Sequence record: MW735835.1 | DNA: 64,000 bases | Direction: 5' to 3' (one strand) | Shown: piece after piece, positions 38,234-47,689 of the stretch | How positions within the stretch are numbered: position 1 is the stretch's first letter | Layout: each line of letters starts with the position of its first letter | Translations under genes and position numbers: made by a program | Notes under the pieces: generated by a model | Database searches by the model: none | The model's input: the letters and a program-made list of their open reading frames with translations, nothing else | Told to the model about the DNA's origin: nothing

Positions 38234-38716
38234 ATGTCGAAAGGCAAATACGTAATTCCGGTGATTTTGGGGCAACCGGGCAGCGAGCTTTATCTCGTGA
38301 AAGGGGACTTGCCTCCGCGACAAGGTATGGCACTCGTTCGTTTGACTGGTGAACGCCAGCTGAACGCCAAGGACGAGAAAGAACTGGACAAACTCATCGA
38401 GCGGATGGGGCCGCCGAAGAATCGTCCAGCACGTCTGACGGAACTCACCTTCCTGAACGACACTGTCATCACCCTCGTTGACCAGCATGAGGCCACTCTC
38501 GTGCAAGGTTACATCAACAATACTCTGCCAGGTGCGTTCCGGGCTCCGGAATTGAACAACTGGTACATCTTCGAGCGCCAGGGTGATCTCACCCCGCTGA
38601 AGCTTGCTCGCTTCGCCATCAACCTGCTTGAGCGAAGTCAGCGCATGGAGCTTCTCGGAAACCTGTCGGGTAAGAGCGTGTCCTTCACGCACTACAAGTA
38701 CGACAACTTCCGTTGA
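38234..38716 (+). CDS. Hypothetical protein
   Basis: AAAGGA RBS. Confidence 0.75.
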   Translation: MSKGKYVIPVILGQPGSELYLVKGDLPPRQGMALVRLTGERQLNAKDEKELDKLIERMGPPKNRPARLTELTFLNDTVITLVDQHEATLVQGYINNTLPGAFRAPELNNWYIFERQGDLTPLKLARFAINLLERSQRMELLGNLSGKSVSFTHYKYDNFR

Positions 38717-38808
38717 TCCTCACGGCACTCCTTCGGGGGTGCCGTTTATGCCGCATGTCAAAGAAAACGAACCCATCATCAAGTATGTCACCAAGAGAGT
38801 ACTCATCA

Positions 38809-39909
38809 ATGTCGCAGCAAACTGAGCGGTACAACATCTTCTACCCGGCCATCTCGGTCGGTGATGTGCAAGCATCTTTCGGTGAAGGTCGCCGGATCGG
38901 TATCACCATGCAGGATGTGGCTGAGATCGTGAAAGTCACCGAGAACCTCAGTCAGGTCCCGGATGTGAGCGAGCTGCGCATCGTTCAGCGCAACAACAAG
39001 CCCTGCGTCAAACTGGGCAAGGTCCTCGTCGGCGTTCTGATGTGGCCGCCGGTCGAAGAGCTGGCGAACTGGGAGCAGTGGGAAAACTCCTTCGTCATCG
39101 AAGCGCCGGCCTGGTTGAAAGAAATGGCCATGGCGCAGAAGATCGCCGAGAAAGGTGTGGTCACCGAAACGATGGCCTCGATCTGGATCAAGGAGATGCG
39201 AGAGAAACTGGTAGCATTGAATCCCGATGATTCGACGCTCATCTATTTCGACTCCTTGAGCGAAATCGTACCCAACATCGACAAGGTGGGTGATACCCAC
39301 GTCGTTGTGCCGAACGCCGAGAACATGACTGAGGACATGATCGACGCGTCGCGTTCCCTGCTGCTTTATACCGACACCTTCAGCACTGCGAACATCCAGA
39401 GCATCCGTCGCAAGATTTCGTTGCGTCCCTGGACTGCCCGTCACCTGCCGAAGTGGTTCCTCGAGACCGACTGCCACCTGACCAAGGCTGGTCGCGCTAT
39501 GTTGGCGTACCACCTGACTCTAGCAGCCGCCATCGATCCGCCCGTGGAGGAAGAGAAATACTTCCACACCAAGGAACCCAAGCAGTTGACCGCCTACGGC
39601 GTAGAGCTGGTGCTGGATGCCAACGGTCGTCAGCTGGCTCTGACTCAGGCCTTCGAGTCCCTGTGGCTCAAGGTGGAAGACGGTCAGATGTTCGATCTGC
39701 AAGTCAACCGTCATCAGCTGCCTGACGAGTGGAAGGGTTTCTTCCGCAAGCAGGCCGTTGAGATCAGCGGCGTCATCCGTAAAGGTGAAGGCGGCGTCAT
39801 CGAACTGAAGAACCCCATAGTGCGTCTGGGTCTGAAGAACGAGTTCGCCGACATTGTCACCTACTCCATCAATCCTTCCGCGGACATCCCGCGTAACAAG
39901 AAGGTGTAA
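38809..39909 (+). CDS. Hypothetical protein
   Basis: Long ORF with biased codons; start chosen from the AAGAGAG RBS. Confidence 0.8.
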   Translation: MSQQTERYNIFYPAISVGDVQASFGEGRRIGITMQDVAEIVKVTENLSQVPDVSELRIVQRNNKPCVKLGKVLVGVLMWPPVEELANWEQWENSFVIEAPAWLKEMAMAQKIAEKGVVTETMASIWIKEMREKLVALNPDDSTLIYFDSLSEIVPNIDKVGDTHVVVPNAENMTEDMIDASRSLLLYTDTFSTANIQSIRRKISLRPWTARHLPKWFLETDCHLTKAGRAMLAYHLTLAAAIDPPVEEEKYFHTKEPKQLTAYGVELVLDANGRQLALTQAFESLWLKVEDGQMFDLQVNRHQLPDEWKGFFRKQAVEISGVIRKGEGGVIELKNPIVRLGLKNEFADIVTYSINPSADIPRNKKV

Positions 39910-39911
39910 CC

Positions 39912-40370
39912 ATGGCTATCCACATGATGCTCGTGGCGTTCGGCACTAACGACCCTAGCACCGACAACGCTGCTCTGCTCAAGCACTGCGGTTGGAACCC
40001 GGAGACTGAAGGCCGGACTATCGACGGTGCTGTTCAACAGTACCAAGTCGATACCGAAGTGCCTGGCGTGAAGATCCGCATCGTCTCGATCATGGACAGG
40101 CAGATCGCTGCTGAGAACGTGACGGTGGTCTTCGAGAACGCGTTCCCTGAGGAACTCTCTCACGAAGAGTACATGACCCGGATCGATAAGATCGAGGCCA
40201 TCCTTCAGGAGTTCTATAAGCGCATCTCGCTGCCCGAGGACTTCAACACCACGTACTACAACCTCAATGGCGACACTGCTGTTGTTCTGCCAGGCATGGC
40301 CGGCAACCTGACTGCTGCACTCGCCTCCAGCCGTAAAGAAGATATCAAGGCCCAAAATGAAACTGAATGA
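39912..40370 (+). CDS. Hypothetical protein
   Basis: AAGAAGG RBS. Confidence 0.75.
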   Translation: MAIHMMLVAFGTNDPSTDNAALLKHCGWNPETEGRTIDGAVQQYQVDTEVPGVKIRIVSIMDRQIAAENVTVVFENAFPEELSHEEYMTRIDKIEAILQEFYKRISLPEDFNTTYYNLNGDTAVVLPGMAGNLTAALASSRKEDIKAQNETE

Positions 40371-40620
40371 AGTCTTCATCGTCACCGCCATCGTTGGGAT
40401 CATTGCCACCAGTGTGGGTTGGGCTGATCCCGATGGCGCCAAGCAATTGTTGGAATCCGAAGGGTTCACTGGCGTGCAGATCAAAGGACGTACCTTCTTT
40501 GGCTGCGGCAAGACGGATATCTGGAGAACCGAGTTCAGTGCCAAGAACCCTCGCGAGATCCCGGTTCATGGGGTCATCTGCAAGAGCGTGACTGGCGAGG
40601 CCTACATCAGAAGGAAGTAA
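40357..40620 (+). CDS. Small membrane-anchored phage protein (two Cys)
   Basis: Signal/TM, then GF.GV.I.G..FFGCG..D.WRT.F.A.NP....V.GVIC motif of a widespread myophage family. Confidence 0.75.
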   Translation: MKLNEVFIVTAIVGIIATSVGWADPDGAKQLLESEGFTGVQIKGRTFFGCGKTDIWRTEFSAKNPREIPVHGVICKSVTGEAYIRRK

Positions 40621-40623
40621 GGC

Positions 40624-41052
40624 ATGCAACAGGTACGTGTAGGGGTCGGCGTTATCATCATGCGTGATAACAAGATCCTGATGGGTAAGCGCAAGGGCAG
40701 TCATGGTGCGGGTTGCTATTCTGTCCCGGGCGGTCATCTGGAGTTCGGCGAGAACATCGGTGCCTGTGCCAAGCGTGAAGTTCTGGAAGAAACGGGGATC
40801 GTGCTTCTCGATCCCCTGGTCCAAGGTGGCTACACCAACGACATCTTCAGTGAAGAAGGCAAGCACTACGCCACGCTCTTTGTGGTGTCGCGCTTCAACG
40901 AGGGCGAAGCTCAGAACCTCGAGCCAGAGAAGTGTGATGGTTGGGCCTGGTACGACATGGCCGACCTTCCCCAGCCCTTGTTCTTGCCGTTCCAGAACTA
41001 CATGGACAAGGTGCACGAGCATCTGTTCGGCCGTGAGAAACTGACCGCCTAA
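40624..41052 (+). CDS. Nudix hydrolase (MutT/NUDT15-like)
   Basis: Nudix box GGHLEFGENIGACAKREVLEETG; VGVGVII, EPEKC.GW.W, LFLP. Confidence 0.92.
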   Translation: MQQVRVGVGVIIMRDNKILMGKRKGSHGAGCYSVPGGHLEFGENIGACAKREVLEETGIVLLDPLVQGGYTNDIFSEEGKHYATLFVVSRFNEGEAQNLEPEKCDGWAWYDMADLPQPLFLPFQNYMDKVHEHLFGREKLTA

Positions 41053-41061
41053 GGAGCCGTC

Positions 41062-41334
41062 ATGTGCAAGCGTCTCGGTAAGAAGCACTTCCAGTACGTC
41101 GGCACCGATGGCCTGGATAAGTTGAAACAGGACAAGTCCCATTGGAACCCCAAGCGCCGGCTATGGGACACCTATCGGGTACAGATCCTGCTTGCCCACA
41201 CCAACTTGCGGGATGTCTATTGGAATCCCCAGCATAAAACCCCTGCCGGGATCGAGAAGAAGCTCACCCGCGCTAAAGCAGCTTACTACGCCAAACTCGA
41301 GAAGTACTACGAGCGCACTGGCAACGGCAAGTAA
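41062..41334 (+). CDS. Hypothetical basic protein
   Basis: AAGGAG RBS. Confidence 0.7.
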   Translation: MCKRLGKKHFQYVGTDGLDKLKQDKSHWNPKRRLWDTYRVQILLAHTNLRDVYWNPQHKTPAGIEKKLTRAKAAYYAKLEKYYERTGNGK

Positions 41335-41373
41335 CTCATCAAGTATTTTCAGCAAAGAAGAAGGAAGAACGAC

Positions 41374-43245
41374 GTGACTGAAGCAATCCAATACCACGAA
41401 GCCCTGGACGAACTGCGCGCAGCCTCCGAGGCTCTCCTGAAAGATGGCGCCGGTGTCATCTTCACCACCCAGTGCCGTAAGAAGCTGGGCGAACAATATC
41501 TGCGCGCGATGGCCAACGCGGCCAAAGAGCTGAACATGGACGTCAACGAGGTGGTCACTCACTTCCGTTGCTCCACCTGCTCCCGCTTCATGGCCCGTGT
41601 GGGTCACCTGGTGATCTCCAACCCGGAAAACCCCTTCGCCGTTCGTTCTGTGTTCTGGAACCCGGCAGTCGTCACCGACCCGCTGATGAAACTGGTCGTG
41701 GCCGAGATGAAGCGTTACGTCGAGAGCGCTCGTATCCAGAACGTCTACAACGTGGACGGCCCGTACAAGCAGTACACCGAGGTGACCAACCTGGGCGGTA
41801 AAGAGTTCCGCCACTACTTCATCCCGCAGGCCGTGCTGACCCACCGCGTCCCGGTGCTGAACAACCCGATCAGCATCGCCGACTTCTCCAAGAAGTTCGA
41901 CCAGGTCGCAGCCCTGATCCGTTTCACCGGTGAAGTGTCGCTGGACACCGTGATGTACGTCGACGGCCTGTTCCAGGCGCGCATGATCGAACACGTCGGC
42001 GCGTCCGAGAAGACCATGGGTGATCTGAAGGCCCTGTTGGCCAGCCTGCAAGTGGCCAAGTCCACCTCGGACTACGGCCTGGCTCAGGGTGACTACAACA
42101 AGGAAACCATTCTGGTCAACACCATCTGGATGGCAGCCCTGCGCAACATGAACATGCTGTCGATCCGTGGTTCGATCCTCGGCAAGCTGCTGGCCTTCAC
42201 CCACGATGCCCTGGCCAAGGGCGCTCGTGAAGCGCAACTGGACGGCATCAAGAAGTTCTGGGCCACCCAGACCGACGGCCTGCACTACCAGCGCACCACC
42301 CGTGAGGCTAGCGAGTCGCAGCTCTCCAAGACCGCTCGTTTCCTGGAAGAAGGCGGCTGGAACGAGTCGCTGAAGCAGGTCGAAGCGGCCGAACTGGACC
42401 TGCCGGTACTCTGGCAAGCCAAGGAAGCCTGGACGTTCGAAGAAGGCCACAAAGCCATCTCCAACGACTTCGCTGCCTTCGCGGCCAAGAAGGGCGTCGA
42501 GCTGAACGATCCGACTCAACCGAAACCCATCGACCTCGGCTACTTCATCAACGAAGTCCTGCCGTTTGTCGAATCCATGGGCTTCGTGGCTACCGGCCTG
42601 ACCTTCATGCCGATCCTGGTGAACCGTATGGCCAACCTGGAAGCCAAGCCGATCTTCGTCTACGACACCCTCGAGAACCGCGCTCCGTTCATCCCGTGGC
42701 GTTACGACCGTAACTACTCGGTGCGTGAGCTGAACCCGCTGGCCAGCCTGACCAAGAACGGCGAGACCGTCCTGCCGGTGCTGTCGATCACCTCGGATTC
42801 CACCATTGGTTACAAGGGCCGTCGTCCTCAGGACAACGACATCTTCTTCCAGTTCGGTGGCATCTCGATGCCGCAAGCGCCGCGCCCGGCACTCTTCGCC
42901 GAGTCCATGGACAAGCAGTTCTACGAGCACCGTCGTGCGATCGAGGACTACTGCCGCAACACCATCGTACCGCGTTCGGAAACCCAGCAGTCGATCTCGA
43001 TGGTCTTCGGCCCGCGTCATCCGCAGGACCACTCGAATGTGTTCGTGCTCCTGCACGTGCGTTTCGGTGAAGAAGGCAAGGCCCGTTTCGGTGCGACCAA
43101 TGTGACCTACCGCTTCGATGCGCGCGGTTACACCGTCCAGCCGGACCTCAGCAAGTTCGAAGTGATTCGTGACCGGACCAAGGTCGCCGTCACCGAGCCG
43201 ACTGAAGCGCCGAAAGTGCCCACGGCAGAAGTCCGCGCACTGTAA
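41374..43245 (+). CDS. Large conserved phage protein with CxxC motif (623 aa)
   Basis: L.EQYL...HFRCSTCSRFMARVG.LV...SVFW resembles the recalled HDCSCCRxFI phage family; extreme codon bias. Confidence 0.8.
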   Translation: MTEAIQYHEALDELRAASEALLKDGAGVIFTTQCRKKLGEQYLRAMANAAKELNMDVNEVVTHFRCSTCSRFMARVGHLVISNPENPFAVRSVFWNPAVVTDPLMKLVVAEMKRYVESARIQNVYNVDGPYKQYTEVTNLGGKEFRHYFIPQAVLTHRVPVLNNPISIADFSKKFDQVAALIRFTGEVSLDTVMYVDGLFQARMIEHVGASEKTMGDLKALLASLQVAKSTSDYGLAQGDYNKETILVNTIWMAALRNMNMLSIRGSILGKLLAFTHDALAKGAREAQLDGIKKFWATQTDGLHYQRTTREASESQLSKTARFLEEGGWNESLKQVEAAELDLPVLWQAKEAWTFEEGHKAISNDFAAFAAKKGVELNDPTQPKPIDLGYFINEVLPFVESMGFVATGLTFMPILVNRMANLEAKPIFVYDTLENRAPFIPWRYDRNYSVRELNPLASLTKNGETVLPVLSITSDSTIGYKGRRPQDNDIFFQFGGISMPQAPRPALFAESMDKQFYEHRRAIEDYCRNTIVPRSETQQSISMVFGPRHPQDHSNVFVLLHVRFGEEGKARFGATNVTYRFDARGYTVQPDLSKFEVIRDRTKVAVTEPTEAPKVPTAEVRAL

Positions 43246-43290
43246 GTCCCTTGGGGGTGGACCTTCCACCCCCTTTCCATTCAAGATTCA

Positions 43291-43315
43291 TTCACTGATA
43301 CATCATGTCAGTGAA
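43291..43315 (+). promoter_or_regulatory. Early-promoter-like motif inside an 8-bp inverted repeat
   Basis: TTCACTGA-TACATCATG-TCAGTGAA; resembles GATACATGATAGCAGTGA. Confidence 0.5.
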
Positions 43316-43336
43316 CATCCACTAGGAGTAACACCT

Positions 43337-44464
43337 GTGCTCAAGCCCACCCCGCTCGTACGTACCAAGCGCGATGAAATGACCTTCGGCATCCTGCCGG
43401 AATACGTTCCCCAGGACCTGGTCGGCAACATGAAAGGCGATGCTCGTCTGTACAGCTCCGACGAGATCTACAACCTGATGATGAAGATGGACGAAGGCTT
43501 CGTCGGCATGCGTCGTTCGGTCATCGACAAGACCGAAGCTGTACGTCAGCTGATCCTCTACGCCCTGGCCACCAAGCTGATCGGCGGCGTGCTGCACTAC
43601 GCTGTGTACCAGCGTGCTGCTGGCGCTGAAGCCCAGCTGAAAGACGGCTTCTCCATCGGCTTCGGCGGTCACGTCGAGAAGAAGGACCTGTGCAGCCACG
43701 TCTCGCTGGACGAACACGGCAACGAAGTGGAAGTGGAAGAAGTCCCGTCCTCCTTCTACTCCACCATGCGCTCCGGCATCCGTGAGCTGCAAGAAGAAGT
43801 GCTCTTCTACCACCCGAGCGACGTTGAGCGTCCGTTCACCCAGGAAGAGATCCTCAACCACATCGGCGCTGGCTTCGGCTACCGTCAGTTCGCGCTGGTG
43901 GAAGTGGAGAAGCTCTCCGAAGAACAGCAAGTCGCTTCCAAGTACAACCACGCCCACTTCGCCGTCATCGACGCCGATATCCCGGGTGCTGGCGCTCTAG
44001 TCGTCGAGAAGGACGTGTTCTTCGCCGGTGACGCATTCCGCGAACTGTTCCAGCAAGAACCGATCCGTCGTGTGCAGGGCGCCCAACTGGGCAGCAACGT
44101 CGTACCGTTCGCCTTCATCAGCGACCGTGACGTCGAAGGCAAGCCGGGCTTCGTCGGTAACACCCACCTGGGTCTGGCAGCCATCCTGCGCGTTGAAGGC
44201 GACATCTCCTTCAAGGTGCTGGAAGAGAAGTACACCACCATTGGTTGGAAGACCAAGGAAGAACTCCTCGAACTGCGCTCGCGCTGCGAACCGTGGACCC
44301 AGTACCTGCTGGAGCACATCGACGCCATCGAACTGATCGCGCGCAACGAGTGCTTCACCCAGCCGCCGCAAATGCAGGCTGCGCCGACCGTGGAAGAGCT
44401 GGCTGCCAAGCAAGCTGAAATCCCGGCCGAAGAAGGCCTGGTGGGCGACGAAACCGTCCACTAA
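43337..44464 (+). CDS. Predicted NUDIX-family phosphoesterase (COG4112-like) with insertion
   Basis: RQLILYA...YQRAAGAEAQLKDGFSIGFGGHVEK, RELQEEV, FISDR...VGNTHLGL, CEPWTQ. Confidence 0.75.
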   Translation: MLKPTPLVRTKRDEMTFGILPEYVPQDLVGNMKGDARLYSSDEIYNLMMKMDEGFVGMRRSVIDKTEAVRQLILYALATKLIGGVLHYAVYQRAAGAEAQLKDGFSIGFGGHVEKKDLCSHVSLDEHGNEVEVEEVPSSFYSTMRSGIRELQEEVLFYHPSDVERPFTQEEILNHIGAGFGYRQFALVEVEKLSEEQQVASKYNHAHFAVIDADIPGAGALVVEKDVFFAGDAFRELFQQEPIRRVQGAQLGSNVVPFAFISDRDVEGKPGFVGNTHLGLAAILRVEGDISFKVLEEKYTTIGWKTKEELLELRSRCEPWTQYLLEHIDAIELIARNECFTQPPQMQAAPTVEELAAKQAEIPAEEGLVGDETVH

Positions 44465-44542
44465 GCAGTAACAAAGAGGTGAGGGGTCCGCCCTCACCTC
44501 TCTGCCGTCTCGCACATTCACCTGATCTATCAAGGAATCATC

Positions 44543-45472
44543 ATGTCTGACAAGAAACCCGCTACTGTTTTCATTGTTCATCGCAACGACGCAGTCCTCC
44601 CTGACGAGGTGCGTAAGAATTACAACATCTTTGAGATGTCTGAGAAGTGGAGCCTTTCTGCGCTGACGCCGGAGAACTTCGCGCTCATCAATCCCGAAGA
44701 CAAGGTCGTTGGTGTCGGTTACACCAAAGACGCCGAAGATGCATTCGGGTTCATCGACCCCGATTACGAGAAACTGTCGATGGACGCTGCCAAGCGTTTC
44801 TACGCTCGGCCCACTGTTGCCCATTTCTTGGGTCTGCTTCTGGGTTGGTCGATGGTCAACGAAGAGCTGGAGTCTTACGACGACGGTGATGGTGCCTCCT
44901 GGACCCGTGTCGATGACGAATGCTGGTACGGCGATATCGACTCTGTGATCCTGAACCTCGTCATGCCGAAGGATGGCGGCGGTGCCTGTGGCTGCGGTAG
45001 CAACTACGCCGCTGTGTTGTCGCTGGACAAGTTCCTGCGCACCCAGATGAACCACCCGTTCATCTCCAAGGATGAAGATGACATCCGCAAGGGTCATCTC
45101 GAAGACACCGTTTATCGTGAAGACCTGCTCGGCCACGCCTTCTGGTTCATTGCCTACGTCATGGACGCGGCGGGGATGACCGAACACGGCTCCGGCATTC
45201 GTCATGGCTGGCTGCAACTCAAAGGCGTCCTGTTGGCGCTGTTGATCGGCGAATCTATCCGGATGAGCACCTCTCAGGATGAGGAAGAGCCGGTCGACCA
45301 AGAAGTGCATGACGAATTCAACCCGACTAAAGAAAAGGCCATGGAAGCTGCCATCCATCTGGATAAAGACCTTCAGATGTTGATGGCTGGAACCTGGGTA
45401 CCCGATCGCCATTCCTGCGAAGCAGCACTGGATAACGTCGGGGTCGTCCGTCGGTTCATCGAATCCAAGTAA
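44543..45472 (+). CDS. Hypothetical protein
   Basis: AAGGA RBS, 309 aa. Confidence 0.8.
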   Translation: MSDKKPATVFIVHRNDAVLPDEVRKNYNIFEMSEKWSLSALTPENFALINPEDKVVGVGYTKDAEDAFGFIDPDYEKLSMDAAKRFYARPTVAHFLGLLLGWSMVNEELESYDDGDGASWTRVDDECWYGDIDSVILNLVMPKDGGGACGCGSNYAAVLSLDKFLRTQMNHPFISKDEDDIRKGHLEDTVYREDLLGHAFWFIAYVMDAAGMTEHGSGIRHGWLQLKGVLLALLIGESIRMSTSQDEEEPVDQEVHDEFNPTKEKAMEAAIHLDKDLQMLMAGTWVPDRHSCEAALDNVGVVRRFIESK

Positions 45473-45513
45473 CTCGCACATCCACCTCCGAACATTCATC
45501 AAGGAATTTCACC

Positions 45514-46743
45514 ATGCCTGCACAAGTCAACATCAACAACTACGACAACCACCTCGTGATCACCGCCACCGACCAGAGCAATCTGGTGGATCATGTCCCG
45601 GCGATGGTCTACAAGGCAGTGTTGCGTCCGTACGGCATCGTGCTGATCAAGGACCGTCCGACCTTCACCCTTCCGCAACTGCGCTTCGGTCGCCATAAGC
45701 GTTTCTTCACCCAGATCAGTAACAGCTATGACCGCGATGGCCGTGGCACTGGCGTGCTGTTGGCTGGTGAAAAGGGCACCGGTAAGTCGCTGATGGCGGA
45801 AGAACTGGGCGCCTGGATGATCAAGCAGGACCTGCCGGTGATCATGGTCAGCGAACCCATGTCGGCTGAAGACCTGTCGGTCGTCATTAAGGCTGTCGGG
45901 CCGTGCATGGTGCTCTTCGACGAGTTCGGTAAGGTGTATCACGATGTCCACGAGCGTGAACGCCTGCTGACCCTGTTCTCGGACACCTCGTTCGTCGGTG
46001 TGATGTTCGTCATCACGGGCAACGCTGCCAGTGAGTTCTCCGAGTTCCTGGTTCACCGCCCTCAGCGGTTCCTCTACTGCATCAACTACCACAGTGGTGT
46101 GGACGAGGAGACCATGGAAGACATCCTTACCACCATGCAGGTCAAGCCGGAGATGCATGAGCTGTTCCGCGAGTACCGGGTCGATAGCCGTACCCTGAAC
46201 ATCGACTCGCTCATGTGCGTCGTGCGTCAGTCGGCGGACTGCAAGACCCCGGAGGAGCTTGTAGAGCGTTGCGAGATCCTCAACGTACCGGAACTTCCTA
46301 AGAAGCGCTGGTACATCAAGGATGTCGTTCAGCTCAGCACGGACACCGAGGAAGTCAAGCCGTTTGGCTGGGACTTCAACGCGAACCGTGTAGGCTTCAT
46401 CGGCCTGATCGAAGGACGTGTGATGGAAGCCCGCCATATTCGCGATCCAGAGGGCCGTCGTACGTCTGTCGAGTACCAAGTCTCTGCTGACAACAGCGAC
46501 GTCAAGATCGTCGTAGAAGGCATGCGCACTTTCGAGGTAACCCTCACTTACGGTTACATGCGCCCATGCTTTGATGCTGTGAAGCATGGTGAGCCGCACC
46601 CTGAGGCGGTTCTTACCAGAGAAAACAACCTCATGGTCCCTTCACGGGCAGGTGGTTTTGGTACGTTCCATTCCGAGGCCACCGTGGATAGCGGCTCGCC
46701 GCGTGAACCGTGGCGAGCCGTTCAACCGGCAGGCCGTCATTAA
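45514..46743 (+). CDS. AAA+ ATPase
   Basis: Walker A GEKGTGKS, Walker B VLFDEFGK, sensor ITGN, RPQRF arginine finger. Confidence 0.9.
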   Translation: MPAQVNINNYDNHLVITATDQSNLVDHVPAMVYKAVLRPYGIVLIKDRPTFTLPQLRFGRHKRFFTQISNSYDRDGRGTGVLLAGEKGTGKSLMAEELGAWMIKQDLPVIMVSEPMSAEDLSVVIKAVGPCMVLFDEFGKVYHDVHERERLLTLFSDTSFVGVMFVITGNAASEFSEFLVHRPQRFLYCINYHSGVDEETMEDILTTMQVKPEMHELFREYRVDSRTLNIDSLMCVVRQSADCKTPEELVERCEILNVPELPKKRWYIKDVVQLSTDTEEVKPFGWDFNANRVGFIGLIEGRVMEARHIRDPEGRRTSVEYQVSADNSDVKIVVEGMRTFEVTLTYGYMRPCFDAVKHGEPHPEAVLTRENNLMVPSRAGGFGTFHSEATVDSGSPREPWRAVQPAGRH

Positions 46744-46782
46744 TCCCTGTTCCACCCAACCCAAGGACTAAGGAGTCCAGCA

Positions 46783-47100
46783 ATGCAAGTGAAAAACCTG
46801 AGCAACATCGCTGAAGCCCTGAAAGCCGTCTCCAAAGAAGGCAAGGTCACGTTGGTCATCGACACCCTGAAGAAGCGCGACAGCGCAGCTGTGGGCAAGG
46901 TCGGTGACGTGTACTTCCAGCTGTCCTTCGACTCGTTGGCTGACGGTATCAAAGCTGGTCGTTCCGTGGAACTGAACGTGGAAACCGGCGAGGCTGTACT
47001 GCTCGACGTTCCTGTCCAGCCAGTGACCAAGGCCGTAGAGCCTACTTCTCGTCCTGGCCGCTCCTGCTCCTCCCGCATCAGCAACAAGGACATGATGTAA
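46783..47100 (+). CDS. Hypothetical protein
   Basis: AAGGAG RBS. Confidence 0.8.
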   Translation: MQVKNLSNIAEALKAVSKEGKVTLVIDTLKKRDSAAVGKVGDVYFQLSFDSLADGIKAGRSVELNVETGEAVLLDVPVQPVTKAVEPTSRPGRSCSSRISNKDMM

Positions 47101-47158
47101 CCACCCCGTTCAGAGAGGAGGGCTTCGGCCCTCTTTCTCTTTTGTTTGCGAGGAAAGC

Positions 47159-47689
47159 ATGACCACGATCGTTTATCATCAAGGCGCCATCTACGCGGAT
47201 CAGGTCCACGTACGTGCTGGCACACCCTGCACCAGCCATCTGGCTGTTAAAATCTTCACCTCTGCCGATAAGCAGTTCGCCTACGGCGTGAGCGGTCGAG
47301 CCATTGCCCCGAAGGAGCGCGAATCTCTCGAACAGATTCTTCGCAAGGGCCTAGAGAAGCTTCTTGTAGCGAACATGGGCGATTCTATCATGACTCCCAT
47401 GATCTTCTCTGAAGAGGAAATAGAACGTCTCAGCGATTTCGGTGGTTGGGTCATCATGACCAAGACCAGGGCATTCATTTGGCTGTCGCGGATGATCCGC
47501 GAGGCCACAGGAGCAACCATGGGCGCCGGTACCGGTTGCTGGCTGGTGTGCGGAATGATTTACGGCGGCATGAAGCCGGAGAAAGCCATTCTTAACACAG
47601 GTGACTTGGATTGCTGCACTGGTGGCGGTGTGAACAAGATCAGTGCTAAATCCCTGAAACCCTTCGTCATCAAAGGAGAGTCCAAATGA
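47159..47689 (+). CDS. HslV/proteasome-beta-like Ntn (threonine) hydrolase
   Basis: M-T-T-I-V N-terminal nucleophile, A-D13, K30, GVSG, GAGTG, DCCTGGG. Confidence 0.7.
   Translation: MTTIVYHQGAIYADQVHVRAGTPCTSHLAVKIFTSADKQFAYGVSGRAIAPKERESLEQILRKGLEKLLVANMGDSIMTPMIFSEEEIERLSDFGGWVIMTKTRAFIWLSRMIREATGATMGAGTGCWLVCGMIYGGMKPEKAILNTGDLDCCTGGGVNKISAKSLKPFVIKGESK

Noticed and set aside
41161-43284. 707-aa minus-strand ORF, plus similar long shadows at 33848-35047, 34926-36194, 43997-45502, 57232-58761 (+) and 59157-60959
   Set aside because: Antisense shadows of strongly codon-biased genes; no RBS or recognisable motifs
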